From NCBI GenBank assembly GCA_024137785.1, contig JAHRHZ010000085.1, forward strand, positions 1,709,651 to 1,773,650: a stretch of DNA of 64,000 nt. The letters run 5' to 3'. Source of the stretch: Ginglymostoma cirratum. Taxonomy: Eukaryota. The translations under genes and the position numbers were made by a program. Under the pieces are notes generated by a model. That model did not search any database and was not told the origin of the DNA. It was given only the letters and a program-made list of their open reading frames with translations. Position 1 is the stretch's first letter. Each line of letters starts with the position of its first letter. Positions 39,328 to 51,655 of this stretch are shown here, piece after piece.

Positions 39328-40155
39328 CATAGGGTCATAGACTAATACGGCATGGAAATGGGACTTTGGCCCAACTGATCCATGTTGACCAAGGTGCCCA
39401 TTCAACTAGTTCCAATGGTCGCATTTGGTTCATATGCCTCCAGAGCTTTTTCATCCATGTACCTATCCAAATGTTTCTTTTTTAATGTTGCTATTGAACC
39501 TGCCTCAAACACTTTCTCTGGCAGTCCATTCCATAAATGTTCCACTCTCCACATGTAGAAGTTGTGCCCCAGGTCCTTCATAAATCTATCCCTCTCACCT
39601 TATGCTTATGCCCTCAGTTTTCAATTTCCCATCCCTGGGGGAAAGACTATGTGCATTCATCCTATCTAAGCTCCTCATAAATTTATACATCTCAATAAGG
39701 TCTCCTCTCATTCTCCTACATTCAAAGTAATAAAGTCCTCTCCTGACCAACCTCTGCCTATATCTCAGGCCTACTACTCCTGGCAACATCTTCGTAAATC
39801 TTCTTTGCATACTTTCAAGTTTAACCATATCTTTCCTGTAACAGGGTGACCAAAACTGTACAAAATGCTCCCAGACTGGCCTCACCAACAACTTCCACAA
39901 TGATAACATAACATCCCAATTCCTATACTCAATGCCTCGACTGATGAAGACCGCATGTTAACTGCTTTATTTACAAACCTGTCCACCTTTGACACCACTT
40001 TCAATGAGCTATGTATTTGTACTCCTTGGTCTTTCTGTTCCACAACACTCCTCAGTGTTTACCATTTACCATGAAGTCCTACCTTGGTTTGACTTTCCAA
40101 AATGCAACACTTCACACTTATCTATATTGCATTGCATTTGCCAGTCCTCATATCC
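39328..40155 (-). mobile_element. CR1 3' fragment nested in the older CR1
   Basis: ORF 39595-39909 (VQFWSPCYRKD...RRMRGDLIEMYK). Short cagag duplication at the junctions. Confidence 0.85.
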
Positions 40156-40282
40156 AGAGATGTTGCAGTGTGATTTGGACAGGCCAAGTGAGGTGAGCCA
40201 ATGCATGGCAGAAAAAGTATAATGTGGAAAATGTGAGGTTATCCATTTTACTAGCAAAAATATGCAGGCAGATTATTATTTG

Positions 40283-41218
40283 GCCCAATCATCTTCAGCT
40301 GCTTTATCAATGACCTTCCCTCCATCATAAGGTCAGAAGTGGGGATGTTTGCCAATGATACCATAATGTTCAGCACCATTCGTGACTCCTCACATACTGA
40401 AGCAGTCCGTGTTCGAATCAACAAGATCTGGACAATATCCAGGCTTGGGCTGACAAGTGGCAAGTGACATTCGATCTACACAATTGCCAGGCTATGACCA
40501 TCACCATAAGAGACCAACACCGCTTGGCATTCAATGGTGTTACCATCACTGAATCCCCCACTATCAACATCCTGAGGGTTACCATTGACCAGAAATTCAA
40601 CTGGACTAGTCACATAAACACAATGGCAACAAAAGCAGGTCAGGAGGTAAGAATACTGCGGCGAGTAACTCACCTCCTGGCTCTTCAAAGCCTGCACACC
40701 ATCTCCAAGGCACAAATCAGGAGCGTGATGGAATACTGCCCACTTGCATGGATGAGGGCAGCCCTAATAACATTCAAGAAGCTTGACATCATCAAGGACA
40801 AAGCATTGATTGATTGGCATTTCTCTCCACAAGCATCCACTCCTCCACCACCGATGCTCAGTTGCAGCAGTGTATACTATCTACAAGATGCATTGCAGAA
40901 ATCCACCAAAGATCCTCAGACAGCACCTTCCAACCCCAAGACCACTTCCTGGAAGGACAAGGGCAGCAGACATATGGGAACACCACCACCCTCATGTTCC
41001 CCTCCAAGCCATTCACCATCCTGAATTGGAAATATAACGTCATTCCTTCACTGTCACTGAGTCAACATTCTGATGGCATTGTGGGTCAACCTATAGCGGG
41101 TGGACTACAGCAATTCAAGAAGGCAGCTCACTGCCACCTTCTCAAAGGCAACTCAGGATGGGCAGGAAGTGCGGGTCAACTAGTGATATCCACATCCCAC
41201 AAATGAACAGAAAAAGAA
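40283..41218 (+). mobile_element. APE-RT LINE 3' half nested in CR1
   Basis: FSCFINDLP..MFANDT RT core. ORF 40464-41024 (KAQIRSVMEYCPLAW). Tail atcccacaaatgaacagaaaaagaaa. Confidence 0.85.
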
Positions 41219-42842
41219 ATTGAATGGCTGCAAATTGAGAGAAAGGAATACCTGGAGCAATGAGACCTGGAATGGTAGAGTTGATGTATGAGGACAGATG
41301 GAAATGGTTACAATAGTATTCGCTGGAGTTTAGAAGAATTAGGATGATCTCATTGAAGCCTCTAAAATTCTAACAGGTTAGATAAAGGACAGATGTTCCA
41401 GTTTGTGGGAGTACAGTACCAGGGAGTTTATGGATAAGTGTTAAACCTTTTCAGACTGAAACGAGGAGAAATTTCTACACCCAGAGAGTGTAGAGCCTGT
41501 GGAACTCAAGACCAAAGAATGTGGTTGAGGCCAAAACTTAATGTGTTTTCAAGAAGAAAGTTGTTATAGCTGTTGTTGCTAACGGGTTCAAGCAATGTCG
41601 GGAGTGGGAGGGATTGTTGCCTCGAGCTTGATGATCAGCTGTGATTGTAATGATTGGAAGAGTTAACTTGACCGGTTGAATGGCCTCCTCCTGTTCCTAT
41701 TTTCTATGTTTCCGTCATGTCATAAGAAGGGGCTTTCCGGGATTTTCATCAAGTGACAGGAAGGAAATAAAGGAACAGTTATATTGCTCAAAATTAGAAT
41801 TTTGCATGGTTAGAAGGTAACTTGTAGGTGGTAGTGTTTCCATACAGCTGCTGTTATTATATATGGGGTGGTAGATATCACTGGAATTGGAATGTTTTAT
41901 TAAAGGAGACTTAACATGAGGCTTTGTTGAGAGATAAAAGGTACTGCAGATGCTGGAGAATCCGAGATAACAAGCATGGGGCTGGATGAACACAGCAGGT
42001 CAAGCAGCATCATAGGAGCAGGAAAACTTGACGTTTCAGGCCTAAACTCTTCAGACTCTTTTACATTGTCTACACCATTGCTACTGTGTGTTGGTGGTGC
42101 AAGAAATGACTGTTTAAGGTGGTGTACAGTGTGTCAATCAAACAGACCATTTGGCCACGATAGTGCTGAGTTTATTGACTGTTGCTGGAGCTGCACTCAT
42201 CCAGGCAAGTGGGGAGTATTCCATTAGGCTTCTCACTTGTGCCTTGAAGATGGTGAACAAGTTTTGGACAGAACATAGATGAGTTAGTTGTTGCAGAATT
42301 TACACCCACACAGCGGCTACAGTATTTTTAAAGCAGATACAATTCTTATCTTGTACTTCAAATAAAATCTGTCAAATCAAAATGTAAATTTGACGTTAAA
42401 CTAGCCCATATATGGAAAAAATTTTTGAGATTGGTAGTTTTGCCCATAGTGTCCAGGGATGTGCAGGCTAGGTAGATTAGTCATGGGAAATGTAAGGTTA
42501 TAGGGATAATGTAGATAAGGGTGGATCTGGGTGGGATGCTCTTTGGAGCATTGGTGCAGACTTAATGGGCTGAATGGTCTGCAACCACATTGTATGGATT
42601 CTCTGAACTGATAGCCAAAGCAACTGTCCTATAAACAGGCCTAGAATTTACAAATTGTGCTTCCAAGTGAAAATGGGAATGTCAACGACATTCCTCGTCC
42701 CAGAGTTGAAATGGGTGGATAGTTATTTTATATCTTAAATTTAATAGAATGGTTTTTTTTTTAGATATTGAATATATTGGTAGTTGTAATACATTGTTGT
42801 ACAAAAGAGTACCTCGCCTTTGTCCCAGTACTTCTTCTGTTG

Positions 42843-43648
42843 TGTGACAGTTAAAAGAGTCAACTCAGATTTTAATTAAACAAACCCCTCTTTATTTAAA
42901 GATGGTAAGAACTGCAGATGCTGGAGTCAGAGATAACTCAGTATGGAGCTGGAGGAACACAGCAGGCCAGGCAGCATCAGAGGAGCAGGCAAGTTGATGT
43001 TTCGGTTCGGGACCCTTCTTCAGAAAACTGAATTTCTGATGCTGCTTGGCCTGCTGTGGTCTTCTTTATTTAAGCCTTTTAGGTACTAAAACTCAATCTA
43101 AAACCAATATTCATTGCAACAATTATTTCTTACTTCATCAAACTTAACTTCAACTTTAACTCACTTCATTTAACTTCATTATCACTTTAACTTATTCACA
43201 TTTAACCCTAAATCTAACTTTAATTCTATAATTTTGGCTCGAACAAATACTACCTCAATTCAACTGAAGTGGTCAAGTTTTGCTCTCAGTGCAGATTTTG
43301 CTTCATAGTTGTTTGCCTTCTCTCAAGATAACTTCAGGACGCTTACTTTGTCAATGCTCGTCTCAAGAGCTCCTTCTGCAAAATTTTCTAATTCTGCTAA
43401 CTTTATTTCAAAGTATGCCCCTCCTGCAAAATCTCCTGTGGTACTCAGCCAATGAATTAACCAAACCCTGATCACACCGTTCAGACCCAGACAACAGAGT
43501 TTTACTGGAAAACAACTCCTAATTGTTAAACTGCCACATTCCATGCTCCATATAAGGTAATATTGAGTCAGTCTGTGCGGCTAACTGCAAAGGTATTTGC
43601 CTTATCTAGTCAACACAGGAAACTGCAGGTCACAGCTTACAGGTCACA
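42843..43648. mobile_element. Probable solo LTR
   Basis: Termini TGTGAC...GTCACA, a minus-strand AATAAA about 50 nt from one end, a CCAAT box and an internal (AACTT)-like repeat. No TSD recognisable. Confidence 0.4.
42900..43062 (-). mobile_element. Penelope terminal-repeat fragment with a short inverted arm
   Basis: 11-bp TSD tctttatttaa (42889-42899 / 43063-43073). Minus-strand CTGAAGA...GAAA-CA-TC hammerhead variant. Confidence 0.75.
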
Positions 43649-43657
43649 AATCAGCAA

Positions 43658-44759
43658 GAGATAGTAGGAACTGCCGATGCTGGAGTCTGAGATAACAAGG
43701 TGTAGAGCTGAATGAGCACAGCAGGCCGGGCAACATCAGAGGAGCAGGCCAACTGACGTTTTGGTTTTGGGCCCTTCTTCAGAAATGGGGGAGGGGAAGG
43801 GGCCTCTGAAATAAAGAGAGAGAGGGGGAGGCGATGATAGAAGTTGGATAGAGGAGCAGATAGGTGGAGAGAAGATGGACAGGTCAAGGACGTTGGGATG
43901 AAGCCAGTAAAGGTGAGTGTAGGTAGGGAGTTGGGATGGGGTTTGCTCAGTGAACAGGGAGGGGCGGGTAGATGGGAGGGAAGACGGACAGGTCAAGGAG
44001 GCGGGGACGAGAGGGCTGGTCTTGGGATGAGGGCGGGGGTAGGGAGATTTTGAAGCTTGTAAAGTCCACATCGAGAACATTGGGCTGCAGGGTTCCCAGG
44101 CAGAACATGAGGTGCAGTCCCTCCAGCATTCAGGTGGCATCGTTATGGCACTGGAAGAGGCCCAGGATGGACATGTCACCTAAGGAGTGGGGGTGATTCA
44201 TGACTGGGAGGTGTTGTCATTTGTCACCAACCCAGCGTAGGTGTTCCACAAAGCAGTCTCTAAGCCTCCACTTGGTTTCTCTGATGTAGAGGAGGCCACA
44301 TTGGGAACAGCAGATACAATATGCCATATTAGCCGATGTGAAAGTGTATATCTGTTTAATGTGGAATGTTTTCTTGGGGCCTGGGATGGAGGTGAGGGGG
44401 AGGTGTAGGGGCATGTGTAGCACCTCCTGCGGTTGCAGGGAAAAGTGCTGGGGGTGGTGGGGCTTGTGGGGAGTTTGGAGCAGGCAAGGGAGTCACCCAG
44501 AGAGAGGTCCCTCAAGAAGGCAGATAAGGGTGGGGAGGGAAATATATCCTTGGTGGTGGGGTCAGATTGCAGGTGGCGGAAGTGGCGGAGAATGATGCGT
44601 TGAATCCGGAGATTGATGGGGTGATATGTGAGGGCAAGGGGAATTCTGTCTTTGTTGTCATTGCGGGGAGGGGGTGCGACGGCTGAGGTGCAGGAAATGC
44701 AAGAGATGCGGTCGAGGGCATTTTCGACCACTGTTGACCATTGTGGTCCTTGAAAACTG
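43658..44759 (-). mobile_element. Penelope element 3' part (RT end, GIY-YIG, terminal repeat)
   Basis: ORFs 44198-44767 (RIPLALTYHP..CNRRRCYTCP) and 44217-44423 (YCICCSQCGLLYIRETK). atcagcaa duplicated at 43650 and 44760. Confidence 0.88.
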
Positions 44760-45002
44760 ATCAGCAATGAGTTGTAAGAATTTCATTGGCAGTATGATGA
44801 CAGGTATTTAGGCCGTAAACCCCAAATACTATTTGTTTGGTTTTTTCTCTACAAGCAAGGTATTGACCACGCACAACCAGCCAACATTTGCAAAACGTTC
44901 AGCACAGTGGTGAAAGCTAGACGTGATGCTCCAGTTGGACAATATGTGCTGGATAATCCTGAATATACAATAATTGTTACAAAAATAACTTTGTGGTGGA
45001 TT

Positions 45003-45625
45003 TGCAACAAACAACTGCATCTCTCAGTTGCGAACCATTTCAACTCCCCCTCCCATTCCTCAGACGACATGTCCATCCTGGGCCTCCTGCAATGTCACAG
45101 TGATGCCACCCGAAGGCTGCAGGAACCGCAACTCAAATTCAGCCTGGGAACCCTGCAGCCCAATGGTATCAATGTGGATTTCACAAGCTTCAAAATCTCC
45201 CCTCCCCCAACCGCATCCCAAAACCAGCACAGCTCATCCCCGCCTCCCTAACCTCTTCTTCCTCTCACCTATCCCCTCCTCCCACCTCAAGCCCCACCCC
45301 ACCCCCATCTCCTATCTACGAACCTCATCCCGCCCCCTTGATCTGTCCGTCCTTCCTGGACTGACCTATCTCCTCCCTACACCCCCACCTACACTCACCT
45401 TTACTGGCTCCATCCCCGCATCTTCGACTTGTCTGCCTCCTCTCCACCTATCCTCTCCTCTATCCAACTTCTATCCGCCTCCCCCTCTCTCCCTATTTAT
45501 TTCAGAACCCTCTTCCCCTCCCCCATTTCTGATGAAGGGTCTAGGCCCGAAACGTCAAGCTTTCCTACTCCTATGATGCTGCTTGGCCTGCTGTGTTCAT
45601 CCAGCTCCACACCTTGTTATCACTG
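45003..45625 (+). mobile_element. Penelope element 3' end
   Basis: VANHFNSPSHSSDDMSILGLLQC...LGTLQPNGINVDF, followed by a C-rich terminal repeat containing a hammerhead. Confidence 0.88.
45526..45559 (+). ncRNA. Minimal type I hammerhead ribozyme motif (Penelope-associated)
   Basis: UUU-CUGAUGA-A-GGGU(CUAG)GCCC-GAAA-CG-UC/AAG. Intact core with a GUC cleavage triplet. Confidence 0.75.
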
Positions 45626-48125
45626 CTTTTAACCAGTTCTTTTTCACTCGTGTCGTTCCCCTACTTTTTCCTGCTAACCCTGCACATTGCTCCTTTTCAA
45701 ATAGCAGTTCGAAAACGCCGTTTACAATGCTTTGGTTATTTGGTTAATTGCCATCAGTGGAAACCCTAACCCTAACCTTCACCTTGACCCCAATAAAAAC
45801 CATTACCTCTGCGAATAACAATTTTATCATATCGATTTTGCTTCTTTCGTCAATTATTTTAAGTCGGTGCTTTCTTATTCAGGATTCTGTCAGGAGTGGG
45901 AACAATTACCCCTCATCTACTCCATCCAGACCCCGCATGATTTGAATATTTCAATTCGATCTCCTCTTGGCTATCTCTTCTCCAAGGATTAATGTCTGCC
46001 TTCATTTGCGGCGGCACGGTGGCTCAGTGGTTGGCACTGCTGCCTCACAGCACCGGGAACCCGAGTTCGTTGCGATTCATTTTCTTTCTGCGTCCAATAC
46101 CTGTATAACTCCCATTCCGAATTTCACGCTGAGTGGCATCCTCATTTCATGAAATAGCTATGAGAAAACCATGTTTATCGAACTTGGTTGCATTTGTGGG
46201 CCGGGTTATAAATACATTTGATGAAGATAATTTTGTTCGTGTCAAAAGGCAGAATTCGGGCAATTGGACGATGGAGGCCATGCAGGCACTGTGTAGTGCA
46301 CTCCACTCAGTGTCTTTGGCCATTTTAACCATGCCACACTGCAAAATGTTTGTCTTCAAGTGACTATCCCATTTCCCTATGAAATCACTGAATTCTGCTT
46401 CCATCAGGCTCAGAGGGAGCAAATCCTAAATCGTTAAGTTTTATTTCCCTTCACTATTCTTGCGTGTAGTGTGGCATCATTGGCAAGGACAGCATTGCTT
46501 GTCTATACCTAATTACCTGTGAATTGACTGACTTACTGGGTAATTTCAAAGGACAGTGAAGACATTGCTGCGGATCTGGACACACGTGTAGGCCAGATCA
46601 GGTTGGGATCGTAGATTTCTTTCCCGAAGGAACATTCGTGAACAGGATCGGTGATTTTAACTAGAAACAATAACAAGTTCATGACCAAGCTTTCAGTTCC
46701 AGATATTATTAATTCAAAGTCCACTTACTACCGTGGGGAGAGTGTAGCCTATCGTCCCAGTGCATTAACCCTGGCCTCTGTGTTACAGTGGCTGTACTCG
46801 TTCCTCAGAACCTTCCACTTGCTTCTCAGACCGGATGTGAGTAGATAGTTGAGTACAATGGGATCGGCACCGATTTTTTTTTTGATACACATTATCAACT
46901 TGGAACTGGATATGCAGACATAAATGATTGCTTATATGGCGCACATTTCAAAACTGTGCGTTAGAATGTTGGCAATCTGCAATAATAAATTAACTGCAAA
47001 TTAGGATTGAAAAACGCAGAATGGAAACAAGTTGTCAACATTATAGATAAGATGTGGTAACAGAAAGAACACGCTTCCAAACAGGAAGTGTACATGTAAC
47101 AAGGTTACATTGTAAGTGAATTATCCGTAGAAGCAAGCACATTCTTCAAATATAATGTTGTTAAATCGACGTAAAATATGTTTGATAGGTTGAACAAAGG
47201 TTATTTAGCCAACCTGGCTCATGGAACGTTTAGGCTAATTTGGAATCAATCAATTAGCGCCAAATGAAACTGTGAGATCCCTTTCAAGGGGGCTGTAGCA
47301 ATGGCAAATCATAAAATGTCCTTGCTTAATATAAACAGAAATTTGGTTTTGCCATCTTCACCCGAAGGAACACATTCTGAGATAGGTTTCTGGAACAAGA
47401 TGGAATTGGACAAATATTCGAAGGAAATGAAGGAGAAGGAGTTGTGCAGTGTAGCTAATTGGTGCAGGTTTCGAGTGCTAAATGCTCCTGTGTGTGCGGT
47501 ACTAGTTTATAGTGCCTTGATTCTCGAATTAATTCAATGACGGGAACATTAAGTATTTCTATCCAAGAACAAGACATTGACAGTAATGTTAACGTGAGGA
47601 CTCCAAAACATGACTTTGCTAACTTCCTTTCTTTTTAATGTAGACGTTTGCTGTTTCCCCAGCTATTGTGTGACAGCAGCTCGTCATGAAAGTAATTTTA
47701 AACAGATGGCAAATAGAATTATAACCTGTAGAAGGATCAGGATTTGAAAGAGACAACGAGTTTGTTTCATTTAATGGAATTCTGCATTAAAGTTTTAATG
47801 TGTATATAACAGTGAGATAATTTTGATTTTTCTTACTGGTTCCCTATCGAATTTGAGCCTCAAAGCGTTGTTATGTACGATCCTGTTGAACATTTCACTC
47901 AATATTATCATAATTGCCCATTTTGTTCTGCTGAATGGCCCATGAAAATTCCTAATTCATTCTCTTTTCCCCAGGTTATGTTTCTTCTTTTCTTCATTTA
48001 CGTCTTGTGGTGCATTCTCAAGCATCCTTCCCGCAGTCTGTAAAATTGAAGTGTTTCAAAGTTAATTCATAACATTTGTTGGCCAATGAAAGGGTGAAGC
48101 AACGATGGAAAGCAATGTAATATTA

Positions 48126-51100
48126 AAAACCAAAAGAACTGCAGATGCTGTAAAGCAGGAACAAAAGCAAAGCTGCTGGAAAAGCTCAGCAGGTCTGGCA
48201 GCATCTGTGGAGGAAAAAAAGAGTTAACATTTCGGGTCCTCAGAACTGATGGTGGCTGGGAAAATGTCAGTTTATATGCTGAAAATAGGGAGGTGGGTGG
48301 GATAGGGAGTAAACGATAGGATAGAGGCCAAAGAGAGAGAAAGACAGTTGGACAGACAAAGGAGTTGCTAACAGTCAGGATGGGAGGGTGAGTTCTTGTT
48401 AATGGGGACTGTTAGTGACCAACAACAGGGGGTGTGCAGTGACAGGCTATGTGGTAACAAGGCCTGGTTTGTGGCGGGTGAGAGTTTAGGCCCTAAAATT
48501 ATTGAACTCAATATTGAGTCCGGAGGGCTGTAGGGTCCCCAAGTGGAAAATGAGGTGTTGTTCCTCCAGCTTGCATTGGGCTTCACTGGAACACTGTAGC
48601 AAGCCAGAGACAGAGATATTGGTCAGGGAGCGGGGTGGTGCATTGAAGTGGCAGGCAAAAGGTAGTTCAGGGTCTTTTTTGCGAGTAGAACGTAGATGTT
48701 CTGCGAAGCGGTCGCCAAGTCTATGCTTCATTCCCCCAATGTAGAGGAGACCACATTGTGAGCAGCAAATGCAGTAGACTAGATTCTTGGAAGTGCAGGT
48801 GAAGTGTTGCTTCACCTGGAAGGTATGTTTGGGCCCTTGGATACTGGGGCGGGAGGAGGTAAATGGGCAGGTGTTGCACCTTTGCCAGTTACAGGGGAAG
48901 GTGCCATAGGGCTGTGGGGAGGTGTTGGCCGTGAAGGAAGTGTGGACTGGGGTGTCCCGGGGGGAATGGCTCCTGCGGAAGGCGGACAAGGGAGGGGAGG
49001 GGAATATATGCCTGGTGGTGGCATTTTGCTGAAGGTGGTGGAACTGGCATATGATGATCTTCTGGATGTGGATGCTGGTGGGATGGTAGGTGAGGATAAA
49101 GGGAACCCTATCGCTGTTGCAGGAGGGAAGAGAAGGGGTGAGGCAGAGTTATGGGAGATGGGTTGGAACTAATTGAGGGCCCTGTTGACAACGGAGCTGG
49201 GGAATCCTCAGTTGAGGAAGAATGTGGATATTTCGGAGGCTCCCTTGTCAAAGTTGGCCTCATCTGAACATATGCGTGGGAGACGGAGGAACTGAGAGAA
49301 TGGGATAGAGTCTTTACAAGAAGTGGGGTGTGAGGATGTATAGTTAAGGTAGCTGTGGGAGTTGGTGGATTTGAAATGGATATTAATGGCCAGTCTATCC
49401 CCAGAAATAGAAACAGAAATGTCGAGAAAGGGAAGGGAGGAGTCAGAGATAGACCAGGTGATGGTGAGGGTAGTGTAGAAATTGGAGGCAAAATTGATGA
49501 AGTTTTCCAATTCTAGACAAGAGAGGGAAGCAGCACCGATGATATCATCGATGTTTTGGAGAAGGAGTTTTGGGTGGGGGCTGGAATAGGACTGGAATAA
49601 GGAATGTTCCATGTACCCCACGAAGAGACAGGCATAACTAGGGCCCATGCGGGTACCCATGGCAACCCCTCTTACCTGAAGAAAATGAGAGGAGTTGAAA
49701 GAGAAGTTGTTGAGGGTGAGGACAAGCTCAGCCAAGTGGAGGAGGGTGATGGTGGGTGGGGATGGTTCAGGTCTTTGCTTCAGCAAGAAGCGGGGATCCC
49801 TAACACCCTCCTGGTGGGGAATGGATGTGTAAAGGGATTGCACATCCATGGTAAAGAGGAGGTGGCTGGAACCAGTAAACTGGAAGCTTTGAAACAGGCA
49901 TAAGGCGTCAGATGATGTATGTGGGTAGGGATTGGACCAGGAGGGAGAGGACTGAGTCAAGGTAGGAAGAGATGAGCTCTGTGGAGTATGAGCTGGCTGA
50001 AACAATGGGTCTACCTGGACAGTCCTGTTTGTGGAATTTTGGCAGGAGGTAGAAATGAGCTATGCGGGGCTGGGGGACAATTAGCTTGGAAGCGGGTTGG
50101 GGGAGATCACCGGATGAAATGATATCTGTAACCGTAGTGGATACAATGGCCTGATCTGCCACGGTGGGGTCATGGTTCAGGGGAAGGTCGGAGGAGGTAT
50201 CTGAGGGCTGGCGCTCAGCCTCTGCAAGGTAGAGATCAGTATGCCAGACCACAGCAGCACCACCCTAATCGGCAGGCTTGATGACAAAGTCAGGGTTAGA
50301 TCTGAGTGCACAGAGTGCAGTCAGTTCGGAGGGACATAGGTTAGATTTGTTGAGAGGGGCAGCGAAATTGAGGCGACTAATATCATGTCAACAGTTCTCA
50401 ATGAAAAGATCGAGTGCAGGTAAAAGGCTGGAGGGAGGGGTCCAGGTGGAGGGAGAGTGTTGGAGTTGGGAGAAGGGGTCTGTGGGACGGGGAGAGGACT
50501 CTTGTCCAAAGAAGTGAGCGCGGGGGTGAAGATGGCAGGAGAACAGTTCAGCGTCATGTTATGCGCAAAATACGTTAAAGTGGGGACTCAGAAGGACAAA
50601 GCTGAGGCCTTTTCTGAGTACAGAGCATTCAGCATCGGAGAACAGAAGGTTAGGAGGGATGGTGAATATCCAACAGGAGGTGGGAGGGTTGGGGGAGGGG
50701 ATAGAGTCAGAGGGAAGAGGAGAAGAGGTAGGTTCCAGAGGGCCGTGGGTATTTTTGAGTTGTTGCATTTTGTGGGCTTTGATGCCTGAAAAGAAAAGAA
50801 AAAGTTTCTTGTTAGCACGAACCAGAGGATGAAGTGGAACTGCGGAGAGGTGCAGCCCTGAGCCAGTGTGTTGCGACGCTGTTGGAGAGAAAGGTTGAGA
50901 GTGCGCATGTGGTGCCGCATGGCACTGAGTGTGGATCTCAGGATGCGGCGAGAGCAGCTGTCCGTGGAACGTTGAACATCACGGAGATACCTGTGATCCT
51001 TGGAAGATTCAAAGCATGAGGGATGAAACTTCAGCTGGAATCCACGTGGGGTGAGTCTGAGCCAGAGGCAGTCACTGAGGAATGTGATATGGCTGTGGAA

Positions 51101-51655
51101 ATGAGTTTTAGCAAATACCCAGTCAAACACCAGGATTGACAGTGAAATTAAAGTCAGCGGGCAAGAAGACAGATTGGAATGGATATCCTGTCGGAGAGAG
51201 GAGCAGAACTTCTTCAAGGTGGGCATGCCTGGAAGAGATGTGGCAGTGGGTTAAATACTAAATAAAAATCAAAAGAACTGCGGATGCTGTAAATCAGGAA
51301 CAAAAACAAAGTTGCCGGAAAAGCTCAGCAGGTCTGGCAGCATCTGTGAAGGAGAAAACAGAGTTAATGTTTCGGGTCCGGTGACCCTTCCTCAGAACTG
51401 ATGGTGGCTGGGAAAATGTCAGTTTGTATGCCGAAAATAAGGAGGTAGGTGGGATAGGGAGTAAACGATAGGATAGAGCCCAAAGAAAGAGAAAGACAGC
51501 TGGACAGACAAAGGAGTTGCTAACGATCAGGCTGGGAGGGTGAGTACTTGTTAACGGGGACTGTTAGTGACTGGGGATGTGTAATGGCAGGCTATGCGGT
51601 AACAAGGCCTGGTATGTGGGGTGGGGGTGTGGGGGTGCTGGGACATGGGAGAGTT
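48126..51655 (-). mobile_element. Near full-length Penelope retroelement with direct terminal repeats (48126-48485 and about 51263-51655)
   Basis: One disrupted ORF from 51226 to 48486: N-terminal domain, RT (FTMDVQSLYTSIP, GVAMGTRMGPSYA, IDDIIG) and GIY-YIG (NLVYCICCSQCGLLYIG). 14-bp TSD gcaatgtaatatta (48112-48125 / 51685-51698). Confidence 0.95.

Larger units (their letters stand above)
36220..41712 (+). mobile_element. Old CR1 (duplicate of 17265-19040) split by three later insertions
   Basis: Host sequence resumes at 39026, 40156 and 41219, colinear with 18310-18790. CR1 tail ttctatgtttc at about 41702. Confidence 0.75.

Noticed and set aside
43658-45625. One large inverted-repeat Penelope structure
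   Set aside because: The arms are diverged, the left one has its own target duplication and the spacer is older unrelated sequence. Read as independent insertions.
45762-45792. Telomere-like CCCTAA repeats
   Set aside because: Only two perfect units, then degenerate. Too short to call an interstitial telomere.
46010-46068. tRNA-like sequence with A and B boxes
   Set aside because: It is the isolated 5' head of an HE1 SINE, not a tRNA gene.
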